From NCBI RefSeq assembly GCF_026571515.1, contig NW_026862005.1, positions 124,001 to 188,000 of the forward strand: DNA of 64,000 bases. The letters run 5' to 3'. Both the position numbers and the translations under genes were made by a program. The notes beneath the pieces are model-generated. The model worked only from the letters and a program-made list of their open reading frames with translations, made no database searches and was not told the DNA's origin. Each line of letters starts with the position of its first letter. Position 1 is the stretch's first letter. Shown here one piece after another: positions 21,406 to 36,322 of the stretch. The DNA is from Ruditapes philippinarum (taxonomy: Eukaryota).

Positions 21406-24400
21406 ACTAAACACTATTTCCTTGATATAATTCCTCTATGTATCGCTGTGTAGATGAATAAAAAATACAGTATTGTTTATGAGATTTTTATTCCAATGAA
21501 TATAAATAGTTAAATTCGAACAACCGTCGAACGTTAATTAAAGATTATCACAGGGGCTTTGGATCAGTTCTTTTGAAAGAATCAGCCATTTTGAAACACG
21601 ATCTGATTTGCACTATTTACTCCTTTCAACAAAATAAACAATGTAATCACTTTCTATTGATCGATTTTAAATTACATACACCGAACAAATATATGGACAT
21701 GATTTCGCCCTAACTCCATATGTATACATGTTATCAATAATGTATGGGCTACACATAATCTTCTACGCTATATTTATCGATTACCCTGGGTAGTCAATGC
21801 GCGATGTTTATCTCATAAGCCAGTTACATAATTAATGGTCTTTTATTGTCAATTATTGATAAAATGTGATGACATCATAGAAAATTCCTGTATATGCACC
21901 GTTTCAAATAAGAAACGATGGATTATATTTTGATGATTTTATAACTGTTTTACAAATACCGATTCAGGTTTGATATCTATCGTAATCTTTATTGGGGATA
22001 TGGTTCGACACAGACAACACTTTTGGCAGACATTCGCTTCGAAATAATATTATCATATTATCATGATTATGGACATACATGTAGTTTGTACAAATCTTCG
22101 ATTAAAAAAATAAACAAAAAAAACTTTTGGATTAACCACGGATTTACATTACAATACATGTAATATAAATCCGTGGATTAACTTATTAATTTTTTGATGC
22201 TCATTTACCACATTTTATCGTTAATTATGTAAATTTGAAACTTATTTTATATTTCCCGAGCACGGTATTCGTCCGTATGTCCGACGTCAACAATAGGATT
22301 TTATCAAATATTTTTTGTTGTTTGTTTGATTGCAAAAAAAGCGCAAGACTATTTAAGCGGGATGTTAAAATAATTTAATTCAAGTGAAAGTTAATCGTCC
22401 CTTTCGTAGTTATAAAAAGGCGTGTATGTTATGACAGTTTAAATTTAAGGTATTTTAATAAGATTGCCCCATGTAGTCACTTAAAGAAACTATCCAAAAG
22501 GCTAAAAACATAAATTTTGAATTTCTTTAATTGTTCAGCCAAAAAGATATACAAAAGATAAATTGAAAAATGATTTTTGTGCTATTGTTCTGCTTTGGTT
22601 GTAGGACAATTCTTGTAAAACTAAAATACAAAAAGATGCCATATTTCCTCAATTTATTTTGCAACTATTTCACAGAGTCGTACAATCTATGGCTCTTCAG
22701 AGGAAAGGACATTAGAACAATAACATCCGTGACAGTAATTAATAAACCAATCAATTTTATTGTACACCATGTGACCCTTAATACCCTTAGTTACCTTTTA
22801 ACCAATCAAATTTAATTTCGTGTAATGAAATTTGGAATTATCCAATGAAACAATGTTTACTTTTTACTAAAAGTATTAACTGAAACCCTGAACGTTCATG
22901 ACAAATCATGTTCAGCTTATGGTTACTGATAGTGTTAAAATTACTTTTGCAATATTTACTGCCGAATAATCTGAAATAGGGATTAATAATCTTGTTAAAG
23001 CGATTACAGTAGATTAGATAACTTAGATCTTCCTATCTGTATTTGTTCTTATGATTTCTGTTGTAACATGTTACCGACATTAAAGAGCACGTTAAGAAAT
23101 ATCGATCAGCAAAGTAAAAAATAAAACATTAAGAAATTTCAGCAAAGTAAACAATAAAAATAATAAAATAAATAAATAAATAAATATAAAAAATAAATAA
23201 TAATAATAATCAAAATTTTAATGCATAATACTTTTCTTAGTCCGATTTTAGGGAAAAACGTTGCAACGCTTTTCGATTTTGGATCATTTTTCACAATGAG
23301 AATAATTTTTCTAAAAAAACAACAAAAAACAAACAACAACAACAAACAAACAACAAAAAAAAAACGGAGTGAGCAAATGATCTTAGATTTTGCAGACAAG
23401 TTATTGGTCTAGGACTATATAAAATGGAACATTACTTCCGAACAATTATTTCAAGACCCGTCATGTCAAAAAACCTCAGTGGAGTCCCTTTAACAAATTT
23501 TATTTTTATAAATACTATTGAACGACGTTTGTCGAGTTTTGAAATGCGTTAAAATGGTAAGAATTACCCATTTACATTGACTTTTTTTATCAAAACAATT
23601 CATCATATTCATTGATAAAAACATTGTTCTGGGTCCTATCTATTATAACTCTTTAATGCGGACGACAAATGTGTTAAAATTGAAAAAATGATAATATTGT
23701 ACTAGCACCGCAAAAAATGTTTATATAAATATTGCGTAGAAAAGAACTTATTTTCAAACTATTGGATTTTTTAGTAATAAAGTACACACATAATTATATG
23801 TAGATATAACAAATGATGTCAAAACAAACGTTTTAATTATTGAAAAGTTATAATACACAAACAAATTTAAGAATTTCAAGTAATTAAAACTCCATTTTTC
23901 TTTACTTTCTGGCTCATATACATGATATACCTCAAGAAGAAGATATTAATGCACTATGACCTCTTTGGTATCATGTATATTCGAAACTCGTGCGTTTCCA
24001 CATTGAATTGTCATGTTTACATCTTTGCATTTCAAACATATATAATTTCGAAAATGACCCCTCTTACACCAACAAACATACAAAGAAGAATACATGTAAA
24101 TATCAGAGAAATCTAGAGAAACCTGAAATTAAAAAAAAAATGCTTAAAATTTAATTTCGCGCGGTTGATGATAATCTGTCCCTTGAATCATTATAGGAGA
24201 TCTTTGTATTAATCATTAGCAGCGTGTTCATGAATGACGCCCATGCGATAATGTAAAGGGAAAAAACTGGTATAAATATGAATATTATGATATGGCTGGG
24301 TTGTCTCCCTTCTAATAAAATGTGTCATATTTTGTTACCTATGAAGAAAGCCGCCCGATTCGAATATTTAAACTCACGTATGTTCTTTATTTCTTTATCA

Positions 24401-25439
24401 ACAATGACCAAATGAAGCGGAGACTTAGTAAGTGGTATGTCACAAGTGCAATATATTTTTTTTGGATAGATGGACAGTTTTTGCCTGAAAACGGAAAACT
24501 ATTTGTTGGTACGCTAAGAAAAAACATTAGGGGAATTATAGATCAGGCAAAAACTGTTAATAACTGTACTTTTTGACGAAGAACAACAGATGAAAAAGAT
24601 GGTCCAGCTAATTGGCCGATGAGTAAGAAAACACTTTTTAAGAAAAACTCCTACTGTGTCCATTACATAAATAAATACACGAGACATTAAAAAACATCAG
24701 TGTACTAGCATGATCCCTAAATATTGTGCTGGGATCGCCTCAATAAAGCTCATTTTTTCATGGTTTTGTGATCAAGCGGGTGGCTGCCTTATTGTATTTA
24801 CTTTCTTTTTGAGAGTGGCACAAAAGGATTGAATTATTTTATGCCCCACCGTCTTCGGGGTACAATGTATATTATTTTGTCAATGTATTTCCGCTTCATA
24901 ATTTGCACTCTCTATTATTTCTATATTCATTACTGTAAATTCTTAATTCTATTTCTAAACTACTCGCATGTGAGCATAATCGTAAACTGGTTATATGCTG
25001 CCTTAATTGATCATTCAGAATATCAACTAATTATGTTTCATAATGAAAATAAGTTTTATATCTAAAATAGCAATCTGATTATGACATATAATTAATTTTA
25101 TTACTCCATTCTTAAACAAATTGATCCCTCATTCCTGCTTTTAATGAACTGTGGTGAATCAAGTGAACTCTAGAATAATAATATAAAAAAAACAATCTTA
25201 TTTTCTAATTGAATTTATTATTGATACTGGTCACACAAGGAATATTAACATTGTTACAAAGATCTGTATACATGTGGTAAGATCATGTGTGATAGATCAT
25301 TGTTTTTTGTTGTGTTTTTTTCATAATTTTAAACCAAACTTTAATAGCTCTTTTCTTGCAAATAACTTTCGACGGGCACACGACCAAGTTCCCCATACAC
25401 ATCATAATTATGTTGGTCTCTGTTTTTTAAACTTTATAT

Positions 25440-25710
25440 ATAAACTAACAAAACCGAATGCTTTATTTATCTACCTCTATATATATATATTAACACCCCA
25501 CACTTCACAGCCATATGTAAATATAGGTCAAATAGAGATAACTTGGTACTCAATTTATCAAATACATGTACATTCAAAATAGTATTATATGCCTTAACAG
25601 CTTACTTATTTAATGCTTTAACAGCATTTAATATGGTACAAGTGTATGTTAATTTGATACCGAGATAAACAAAATTGTCTATAGATACGATTTCAACATT
25701 TTTTAAGAAC
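25440..25710 (-). mobile_element. Degraded LINE reverse-transcriptase C-terminal fragment
   Basis: Minus strand encodes EIVSIDNFVYLGI and PIFTYGCEVWG, typical non-LTR RT motifs. Confidence 0.65.
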
Positions 25711-28009
25711 ATCAAGATTTTGCGCCAGACGGATCCGTACCAAAACTCCTTTGAAAACGTTGTCATTTAATTAGAGATTTTCGACCATGCGACCACAGAA
25801 ATATAGGGAAAGTGACCGTGCAACCACTTACACGCATCACAGACCCCCCCCCCCTTTTCTTGTATGAGAAAGGGAAAAGTAGTTGTCCGCCCTTAATTTT
25901 GACTAAAATGCATACTTTAAAATATGCCATTTTCTTACAGTTACATGTATTGATAAGAAGGCCAATTTTCACAAATAAAATATGTCTTGAATTGATTTAT
26001 ATATGACAACCACGGATATACCAAGCGTTTAACAGTTAACGTCCTTTTAATTCCGCTATGAAATTTTAAGAAGATGATATATAAATTTCTTGGAATATTT
26101 TGAGTTTAAAGTTTTTTCTACTTTTCATTTTATGTATAGAACATAATTATATAATTTGCAAGACAGGGACGTTTCAAAAACGTTTGATATGCATTAAAAA
26201 TAAAGATATATTTCACTATTTGTTTTCAAATATTAACGGTTAACCTGAGGGGAGTTTTGTCAAAGTACGAATTTAATTTCTATATTCCACTTATTCTACT
26301 TGTAATAGAAAAGATAATGTGATAGGCTGCAAGAGAAAAAAAAACTTGAGCAGCCGACAATCTGACCCTGATAAGACTATACATATTTTCAAGCTTTATC
26401 TTACCTGCTTGATTTGTAAACTTTACTTTTTCAAGTTCCCATTCTTTTACAATTTTTTATCAATCTGTGCATATCAAGTACAGAGCCGGTTCAGCCTGTA
26501 AAATATGCAGCTGTAATACATGTACCTCTAACCTGGTAAAATCATTTGGATTCCAATAGAATAAAGGTGAAGTGTTGTAAGCAGTGATCATATTTACACA
26601 ATTACCTTTGACCTCAGCTAATTCAAAGTTAAAAAATTCTATTATTCAGTTTTCAATCTCCTTTTATGTACCTGTAGCCAGTGCCTTGAAACTTTCAATT
26701 GTTATATTTTCTAAAGCAATGCGATAGGTGCACAGAAGTTGTAACACTTTTAAATGACACACAGCGAATTTAATTTTGAATCATACCTTAAGTGATGATT
26801 TCATCAATGTATTGATAAAATTGTACTCTGATTGTGGCAAAATAATAATACATATAGTATAATACCTTTAATATCGATAAAACCGCAGACAAACAGGCTT
26901 GTAGGTGAAAGCCAACCCAAAATATAAAAAAAATCTGATCTGAGATTCAATTTTAATTAACACATAAAATCAAGTTTTGTTGACATAATCAATAGCTTAA
27001 TTTTGAAGACCTATAAACTCAAGAAACTCAAGTTACTGTGCCCATGCCAAATTGTGACCCTAAAAAATACATGTACCTAAATTACTTCATATTGACGATA
27101 GATCTGCTGTACAGACATAAGGCCAGCAGACATTATAAAACAATATTACCGTAAAACAACCAAAGAATTAATCATGTATAAATCTATATCAAGCTAGGGC
27201 TACATCCCCAGACAGATCTGAGGAAATTAGCAGGCAATTTGCAGTAAAGGAAGAACTGGAAGCATCATCAAGACAAGGGAAAGAGTTATGTTCTTGACAA
27301 GCTTGTATTTGTTCTTGAAAGTACACAATTATAATTTAATAAAAAAACAACAACAAGCATTACACACGAATAAAGAACAGTTATCAATATGAACAACAAT
27401 AAAACAACATTTTCTCGTCCTCAGGGCATTGTTGACATCTTCGGGCCATTATAATGGCTTAATGGCGAGCTGAAACCAAGAATAAACCTTTAAATATTAC
27501 AGACCTTCCGTCATAGACCAATTTACTTTAATCACTTTAAAGAAGTACTAATAAATATAATACTTGAACATACATTTTGTGATTCCCAATATTCTAGTAA
27601 ACGTACAGATGAAACATATCATATACTGATTTTTCATGAAATAGAATTGAAAAAGATGGACACGTTTTGTTTAAATCACATGTCGGGGCCTCACTTTTCT
27701 CGATGGCATACAGGATTAAATTATTCGGTTAACAGTTAGTCTCAGTTCGTGTAGTTATACAGTCATGCTCTTTTGAACCACACTAATGTCTTTAAATCGC
27801 ATTCATTTTCTCGGCATTTTGAGACTGTAAAGGCATAAATATGCTCACTATTTTACAACAGGGGATTAGAATGCGTCCAAATAATATTCCAGTGATATCG
27901 CGAATTAGATGTCAAGTAAATGAGTGCAAAGTTTTGTTTTTTTGGGTATTAAAACGGAGAAAAGAAGAGTCCCTAAAGAACATGTAAAAACTGACAAATG
28001 TTTACAGGA

Positions 28010-29625
28010 TCTGTTCATGTTCGGTACTTGAACTATACATGGTCGGTACTGAAACTGTTCATGGCCGGTACTGGAGCTGTTCATGGCCGGTGCTAGAGCT
28101 GTTCATGGCCGGTACTGGAACTGTATATGGTCGGTACTGGAAGTGTTCATTGCCGGTACTGGAACTGTTCATTGCCGGTACTAAAACTGTTCATTGCCGG
28201 TACTGGAACTGTATATGGTCGGAACTAGAACTGTTTTTTGCCGGTACTGGAACTGTTCATTGCCGGTACTCGAACTGTTCCTTGTCGGTACTGGAACTGT
28301 TCAGTGCCGGTACTGGAACTGTTCATTGCCGGTACTGGAAGTGTATATGGTCGGTACTGGAACTGTTGATGGTCGGTACTGGAACTGTTAATGGTCGTAC
28401 TGGTACTGATAATGGTCGGTACTATAGCTGTTCAAGGTCGGTACTGGAACTGTTCATGGTCGGTACTGGAACTGTTAATGGTCAGTACTGGAACTGATAA
28501 TGGTCGGTACTGGAACGATTGGTCGGTACTGAAACTGTTCATGGTCGGTACTGGAGGTGTACATGGTCGGTACTGAAACTGTTCATGGCCGGTACTGGCA
28601 CTGTTCATGGTCGGTACTGGAAGTGTACATGGTCGGTTCTGGAATTGTTCATGGCCGGTACTGGAACTGTACATGGTCGGTACTGGAATTGTTCATGGCC
28701 GGTTCTGGAATTGTTCATGGCCGGTACTGGAACTGTACATGGTCGGTACTGGAATTGTTCATGGCCGGTACTGGAACTGTACATGGTCGGTACTGGAGTT
28801 GGTCATGGCCGGTACTGGAAATGTTCATGGCCGGTACTGGAACTGTTCATGGTCCGTACTGGAAATGTACATGGTCCGGTTCTGGAATTGTTCATGGCCG
28901 GTACTGGAACTGTACATGGTCGGTACTGGAGTTGGTCATGACCGGTACTGAAAATGTTCATGGCCGGTACTGGAACTGTTCATGGTCGGTACTGGAACTG
29001 TTCATTGTCGGTACTGGAACTGTACATAATCGGTACTGGAACTGTTCATGGTCGGTACTGGAGTTGTTCAATGGTCGGTACTAGAACTGAATATGGTCGG
29101 TACTGGAACTGTACATTGTCGGTACTGAAGCTTTTCATGGTCGGTACTTGACCTGTACATTGTCGGTACTGGAGCTGTTTCATGGTCGGTACTGGAACTG
29201 TTCATGGTCGGTACTAGAACTGTACATGGTCGGTACTTGAACTTGTTACATTGCCGGTACTAGAGCTGTTCATGGTCGGTACTGGAACTGTTCATGGTCG
29301 GTACTAGAACTGTACATGGTCAGTACTTGAACTGTACATTGTCAGTACTTGAACTGTACATTGTCGGTACTGGAGCTGTTCATGGTCAGTACTGGAACTG
29401 TTCATGGTCGGTACTGGAGTTTGTCATGGCCAGTACTGAAAATGTTCATGGTCGGTATTGAAACTGTTCAAAGGCCGGTACTGGAACTGTACATGGCCGG
29501 TACTGGAACTGGTCATGGTCGGTACTGGAGTTGGTCATGGCCGGTACTGAAAATTTTCATGGCCGGTACTGAAACTGTTCAAAGGCCGGTACTGGAACTG
29601 TACATGGTCGGTACTGGAGCTGTTC
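28010..29625. repeat. 22-bp satellite (CTGTTCATGGTCGGTACTGGAA) x ~70
   Basis: Head-to-tail units with point variants. Confidence 0.95.
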
Positions 29626-31014
29626 CCCTCACAGTATAGAAAAATATTCACCAATAATATAAGGCACCAATATCGTAATGCTTTCAACGGCAAATCTTTA
29701 AAAAGTATTTTATTTTTTTTTACTTGACGTTGACATCGATAATAGCACTTTATTTGTAAATGTGCATACCTTATGTCGTGTCCGGTAACAAAATGGAATG
29801 GTATTTCTAGAAAAATTCACAGCAATCGTTTTTTCTGTTGTTGTTGTTTTTGTGTGTTTTGTTTGTTGTTTCTTTCTTTCTTTCCTTTACAAAATCATTC
29901 TTTCTTTCTTTCTTTCTTATTATTATTTTGTTGTTATTGTTTTTGTTTGATTAGATTGTTCACATAACTATTCCCAAAAATTACAGTTAGACATGACGAT
30001 TCCTTCTGCTATAGGATACATGTGTAATTTGTACGTGTTTTTTTAAACTACGTCATTAAGTTATAAATATTATGGTATATGGCAGTGTTTACTAAACTTT
30101 TTAACAACAGCAGTTACAAAACTACGTGTGTTTTGCATGTAGTTCAATCAAAGCGGTAAACAACCATAGCTGAATGAAGAATATGACAATAGAAATATGG
30201 AAACAGAAAACTACGAAGCACTGGTAGGAACATTTTTACTTCTTGAATTCACAACTTCAACATCTTAAGGAGGTATTATGTCCATCTGAGGGTATATTGT
30301 GAGTTAAAATAAGTAAAAATTTTGCCATAATTACTTTCAATTTCAAAATTAACTCCGCATGAACAACAGATGCCTCACATGGCCCGAGTAAAATTTCTAT
30401 AAATACCAATTCAATTTGTAAAAGGAGAGGGGCAGTCTTTTTATTTTTTAGGCAGATTTATATTTTACATTTTTCAATATCAACTGTTCGTCGAAGACCG
30501 GTTATAACAGTAAATTCTTTTAAATATATTGTTAATTCAGCTCAATTTGACAATGAAAATATGAAAATTATATCACCTTAAAATCATAAATTCTATTTAT
30601 CTGCTCACCTTCATAAACTCACAATTTCAACTTCACGTATTATTACAATTTTTGTTTGTTCCAAAATGTAGTTAATAATTTTTGTTGTTTGCTTGCTTGT
30701 TTTCTCGTCATTTTACATGCACTTTATATCATATATATAGCAATAAACATATTGTATAAACTCTGGAATCTTGTATATTGATGTTGAAATGCTTAAATTG
30801 TGAATTTGTGAAGTTTATAATGAATTTTAATGTCCCCATCGGTCTTTCGTAGAAAACATATTTGTAGTACCAAAGTACCTTACATTGCGCCGTCTCTATA
30901 CATGTATTATCATAACGTGAGTACAATAGCGTTCGAAATTGTTCAAACATATTTGTCTTGTCTATTGTGACTTTTCCATTATCATTTCATAAACAAAACA
31001 GTGTATGAAAATGG

Positions 31015-32945
31015 TTTTAATCTCATTAATGGGCATTTCAGATGAAGAGATAGCCAATGTTTCCGCCGCCGGTATTAAAAAAGTCATTGATAGCGTTAAT
31101 GACGTTTTTCAACATTATTGAATCGAAATGTTTCGTTTTCCTGTCAAACTTGGTCCATTTATTTAATACTGATTAAGAAACTAATAAATCTAATCTTAGT
31201 TCTGTTTGAAAACAAACGTAAATGTAGGAAAGAAACGAACAATTGTAATGTATATGATGTTATCACACGGGTTCAAATCATAATTTGTTTAGATGATTGT
31301 TGTCAAGTTAACCGTATCTATGACGAATTATTGTATTACAGTCCAGCTAAAAGTTATCGCATGTTGAAGATATTCTGTATTTTTGTTTTGTGACATTTTT
31401 AGCAATTCTTTTAGATATCATGCAAAATACCATAAATACATGTATTTGATAGAAACAAGAAAAGAAGAAGAAACAGGAATTCGTTGTTGTTGGTTTTTGT
31501 TATTTTTTTTATATCAGGAAATTGATTGTAACAGTTATAAGAATATAAATGAAAAAGATAAAAACAGAATGATTGAAAAAATGGAATTGAATTCCCAAAA
31601 CTCAAATATTGATAACAAGGTAACTTAAACAAGCCAAGAAACATAAGGAATAAGAAGAAAATATCATAACAAAAAACGTACGCACACACACGCGCAGTTG
31701 CACGTACGCAGACGACGAAGAGACAAATGATGCCACAGTGATCAAACTTTTATTTTGACATGTACATTGTGCCATACTCTACAAAATGATACAAATATTA
31801 ATCAATATCATTATTGTTTAACATTACCAAACGTGTCAAAATATTAATCAATACATTATGTTTACATACAAACGTGTCAAAATATTAATCAATACATTAT
31901 GTTTTACATTACAAACGGTGTAAAATATTAATCAAATACATTAATGTTTTACATTACAAACGTGTGCAAAATTATTTAATCAATACATTATGTTTACATT
32001 ACAAACGTGTTCAAAATATTTAAGAAATAACATCGGCCTGAGCGGTGTATATCGGCTATTTAACACGGTTTGGAGTTTTGATGCGTAAGGAATTGACACA
32101 CGAAGCCGTAGGCCTGAGTGGTTAATTTTTCGCACTCAAAACGGACAAAACCGGTTGAAATGCCGAATAATACACCTTTCAGCCGCGATGTTTATTTCGA
32201 TTTAACACGATTAAAATCAGGAAATCTCATTAATGGCATTTCAGATAAGATTAGCAAGCGTCGGAAATAAATTCCGATAAACGATTATGGACGTTTTTAA
32301 CATTATTACGATGTTTCGTTTTTCCTGTCATTGGTCCATTTATTTCAATACTGATATAGAACTTAAATCTAATCAGTTCGTAAAAGAAAGTCAATGTGGA
32401 AGAAAGAAAGTGTATTTGTATCAACGTTTTAAAATCATAAAACTTCTGGTCGTATTTCTGAATGTATTCAAGTAACCGATCTATACGAATTCATTGTATG
32501 TAAAATAACGTTAGCATGTTTGTTGAATTAGTTGTTATTTTAGTTTTATGACATTATTTTTGCAATTCTTTAGAACTATGAAAATCATATTAAGTATTTA
32601 TAGAAACAAGAGAAGAAAGAAAATTTTAACATATTGTGCTTCTTGTGTATGTTATATTATTCGTTGTAATAAAAAGAAACGATTGTTAAAGATAAATGAA
32701 AATATAAATACAAATGCTTTTAAATTGTTGACTTTAAATAGTGAACATTAGGTTAACTAAACAACCGAAAAGAATGAAAAATATCATAACAAAAACGCGC
32801 ATATACAAGCGTAGCACCCAAATCACGTGTTTAAAATTGTAGCAGATAATGATAACAACAATTTTATTTACTTTGTCGTAAATATCAACAAAATGATACA
32901 AAATATCAATCAATACATTATATATACGCTACAAACGTGTAATAC
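31015..32945 (+). repeat. Direct duplication of ~0.75-0.8 kb (31015-31830 / 32222-32945) flanking a ~42-bp tandem array (31790-32020) and a MITE
   Basis: Colinear matches from AATCTCATTAATGG(G)CATTTCAGAT to ACAAAATGATACAAA; differences are mostly 1-2-nt indels. Confidence 0.8.
32024..32198. mobile_element. Short imperfect palindromic MITE-like element
   Basis: GAAATAACATCGGC ... GCCGCGATGTTTATTTC ends, nested inverted matches, central GCCGTAGGC hairpin. Confidence 0.55.
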
Positions 32946-33216
32946 ATTAGTAATATATTGTGAATACTATAATGTCACCTAAACAATAACATGTCACTAT
33001 TTAATGTGTTGTTTGAAATCAATGAAAATATATATCGTGTTGTTGAGGATAAACATTTTATCACATAAATAATTAATTGACAAAAGTAACAATATAATTT
33101 CTGCATTTTAATGTTTCCTTTATATATTTTGCCAGATTAAGAAGTTTATTCATATTACTATTACACATAACAATTCAATAAATTTTATCATGGAAAGTCT
33201 TTTATAATAGTTTTTT

Positions 33217-33400
33217 TTAATAAACTTTTTTTTCTTCAAAATCTATGAAACAGGGAAATTTAAAATGGTACTCGTCCCTTTTATCATTATTAATAAAATG
33301 TTGTATAACATTTTGAAGAATTAAGATAGCATCTATAGTTGATTTTCCTTTCCTTAAACCGAACTGACAATTAAATATAACAAAACTTTTCAATTCTAGT
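33217..33400 (-). mobile_element. Degraded LINE reverse-transcriptase fragment
   Basis: QFGLRKGKSTIDAI...CFIDF, the non-LTR RT domain signature. Confidence 0.75.
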
Positions 33401-35217
33401 ACAAATGTATTCAATACAGTAGTAAATGATGTCCAAGTGCAAAACTCTACGCGATCAAAAACAGGAGTTTATTAAGGAGATGCATGCGTGTTATAACATC
33501 GTATTCCGGTCTTTATCAGTTTTGGTGTGTATTTTAAGCACTCTGAGGTTAATTTGCCAAATATGGGCGGAACATAGATTCAAATTATAGTTGACCGCAA
33601 GGGGTTACAGATGGCAATACCGCAACCAGTGGATGTGAAAGAAGGAGGTAATTTAGGATATAACTTCAAAATATAGGAAGCTATCGATGGGTTCACTAGG
33701 TCAAATTAGTAGGTTTAACATAATTAATTCAAAAGCACCGTGCTTAAGAATGTCAAATATTAATGTTACAAAAACCTTGCACGAACCTACAGAATGACTG
33801 AAACCGTCGTGTTATTTTAGTATACATGTATTTAACAATAAACTATAACAATGATTTTAAGATAATTTTAGATACAAGAAAGAATTGAAAGAGATAAAGA
33901 TATTTAAACATATATTCTTCTGACATATATCAGTAATATTGAAATTGTTTGACATATTTATGAGTGTGGGTAATTCAAATATTCAAATTTTTACTCAAGT
34001 CTTTATTTTGTTATTTAATATTTATTTGCATTCATTTGCCATAATCCAAATAAATTATCCAATTTCATTCCAAAATAACCCATTTTTATAAATGTGACAT
34101 CAAATATTTCTTGTTGAAATTTTAGCATGAAATTGAATATTTCAAAAATTTACTCATCATTTGCAGCATTTTCTTTAGATAAAGTAAAAGGTTAACTGTA
34201 GAACTTGACATTTAAATACTTCCAGACCACACATTTCTGTTTTCTTTCACAAATGTATACTTTATTTGAAACGTAAAATACGTGATTCCCCTCTAAAAAT
34301 GGGAATATTAAGAATGAATATATTTTTGTTTGCTTGTTTTTTCTTCTTCTATTTTGTCTGTTTTGTTTGTTTTGCATTCTTTCTTTTTTCAAGTTTTAAA
34401 TCTACAGAAAGTGTTTCTCGATTACTTTCTACTCTGCCTGGCTACATACATCAAAAGGAAAAACATTAAAGAAACATATGTTTAAAAGGTTTGACTTTAA
34501 GCACATACTTGCATTTGCCATGTTTACGAAATAAACTTAAAATAAACTTAATGACATTTCCACAATACAATCATCTTTTGAAGAAAAAAAAACACAACAT
34601 TAATTTATACGATGAAGATCTTCATAATAATGATTGTTTTATAGTGATCAAATATTCAAGAATATGAGGAACACTCTCCTGGCATTAATTCTACGTATTT
34701 TAACCTTATCTTAACGATTATTGTATGATATAAAATGCTTGAAATGGCTCTTTGGCACCTTTGATTCAATTTACTATTTGCACGGAAGACATGCGATGGT
34801 TTTACATGCTCGACTTATAATTTAGTTTTCGTAATTTGGAGTTTTGTGTTACTGTTGCTACTGTTCTTGCTGCTGTTAAAGTATTTGAGGGTGTTTGTTG
34901 TTGTTGTTGTTGTTGCTGCATATCAAATATGATTGATTTTTGATTTCCCATTAAAGAAATAAACAGAGAAAATATTAATTCGATGAATAAACAACAAACA
35001 ATTATGACAATTTATTCTTAAAATGTATTTAAATATACTTTACTTTATTTAAAAGTATATCAAGTAAATGCTCTCAATGGATCAGATAATTGGCCTCACA
35101 ATATGATAAATATTCAAGTATATTTGTCTTACATAAGAAAGTAATTTCTATATAAAAATTTTTTTTTTTAAATATATTTTTTAAACTTTAAAAAAAAAAA
35201 ATTAATGTTGATATAAT

Positions 35218-35310
35218 ATGATGATTATGTTATTCTTGTTGTTGATGATGATGATGTTGTTGTTGTTGATGATGATGTTGTTGATGTTGATGATATTGAT
35301 GATAATGTTG
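35218..35310. repeat. Compound (GAT/GTT)n microsatellite
   Basis: Direct reading. Confidence 0.85.
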
Positions 35311-36213
35311 CAAATTTTCACCCTTTTCGCGGTTAAAATTTTTTATGATGTCCGAAAAAACGGACGACCCTGTTATATATCCTCAAATAGATTTTTTGCT
35401 GACGGGTCTGAAAAAAAAGTTATTAACCAAATCACTTGTAACTAATTAAAGCATATGAAATATAAGAATTATGAGTTTGTTAACCCGGGTCGTTATGAGG
35501 AGCAAATTATATTTAGTGAAAATACTCTTATTTCCACTTATGGCATGTTATATTATAACCCAAGGAATCCTATGTCAAGGAAAAAGCGTGCGAAAAACTC
35601 TAAAAGTGTAATTAAGTATGTACTTGATATTGTAGCTGAAACGTTTTACGTCATAATTATTCCATCAAAGATACATTATATAATTCTATGCGTACATTAT
35701 TAAGCATATAATTTGAAGATAACATGCCATTAAAAAATATTACAATATTAAATATTTCGGATATTTCATTACCGTGAAATTGTAAACAAGATATTGTTTT
35801 TGATAATTATAATGAAAAAAAGTACTTTATTTGAAAATGTATGAATATTAAAGTTGTAATTTAAATGCAGTTCTTTTTTTTTCCAGGCGTACTTTTGCAA
35901 TTCACTTCTTTTTGTCTATTCTTTCACAAATAATCATGATGAGTTAATCTAAAGTATCCCCCTATTCAATACAATGGTGTGAATATTGAAAACATATTAA
36001 ACATAATGTCTAATATTGCATATTTCAGATGAACCATACTCCTTTTTTTCTCTGTTTTATATGACGATTATCATACGAAAATAGTTTGCAACTATTATTA
36101 GATGCACTTTTACTTTCGAATGAAAGTGCTATGTTACAAATTTTCTCATTTTCACGCTAAAACCAATTAAGCATTTTACAAAAAAAAACATATTTTTAGG
36201 TTAATAATATATT

Positions 36214-36322
36214 ATGATGATGTTATTGTTAATGATGATGATGATTATTTTGTTGTTGTTGTTGTTGTTGTTGATGATGATGATGATGATGATGATTATG
36301 ATGAAGATGATGATGACGATTA
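36214..36322. repeat. Compound (GTT)n(GAT)n microsatellite
   Basis: Direct reading. Confidence 0.85.

Noticed and set aside
21406-21414. GTG start (MFS...) for the NHL ORF
   Set aside because: Eukaryotic context; the first ATG is at 21405
22132-22181. Short hairpins here, at 38251-38287 and the inverted pair at 18845-19003 as ncRNAs or terminators
   Set aside because: No further support; more likely MITE or transposon-end remnants
28039-29639. Overlapping ORFs of 61-175 aa as genes
   Set aside because: They arise from a stop-poor 22-bp satellite read in several frames
35218-35445. Hydrophobic M/L-rich ORF resembling a signal peptide
   Set aside because: Translation of a (GAT/GTT)n microsatellite
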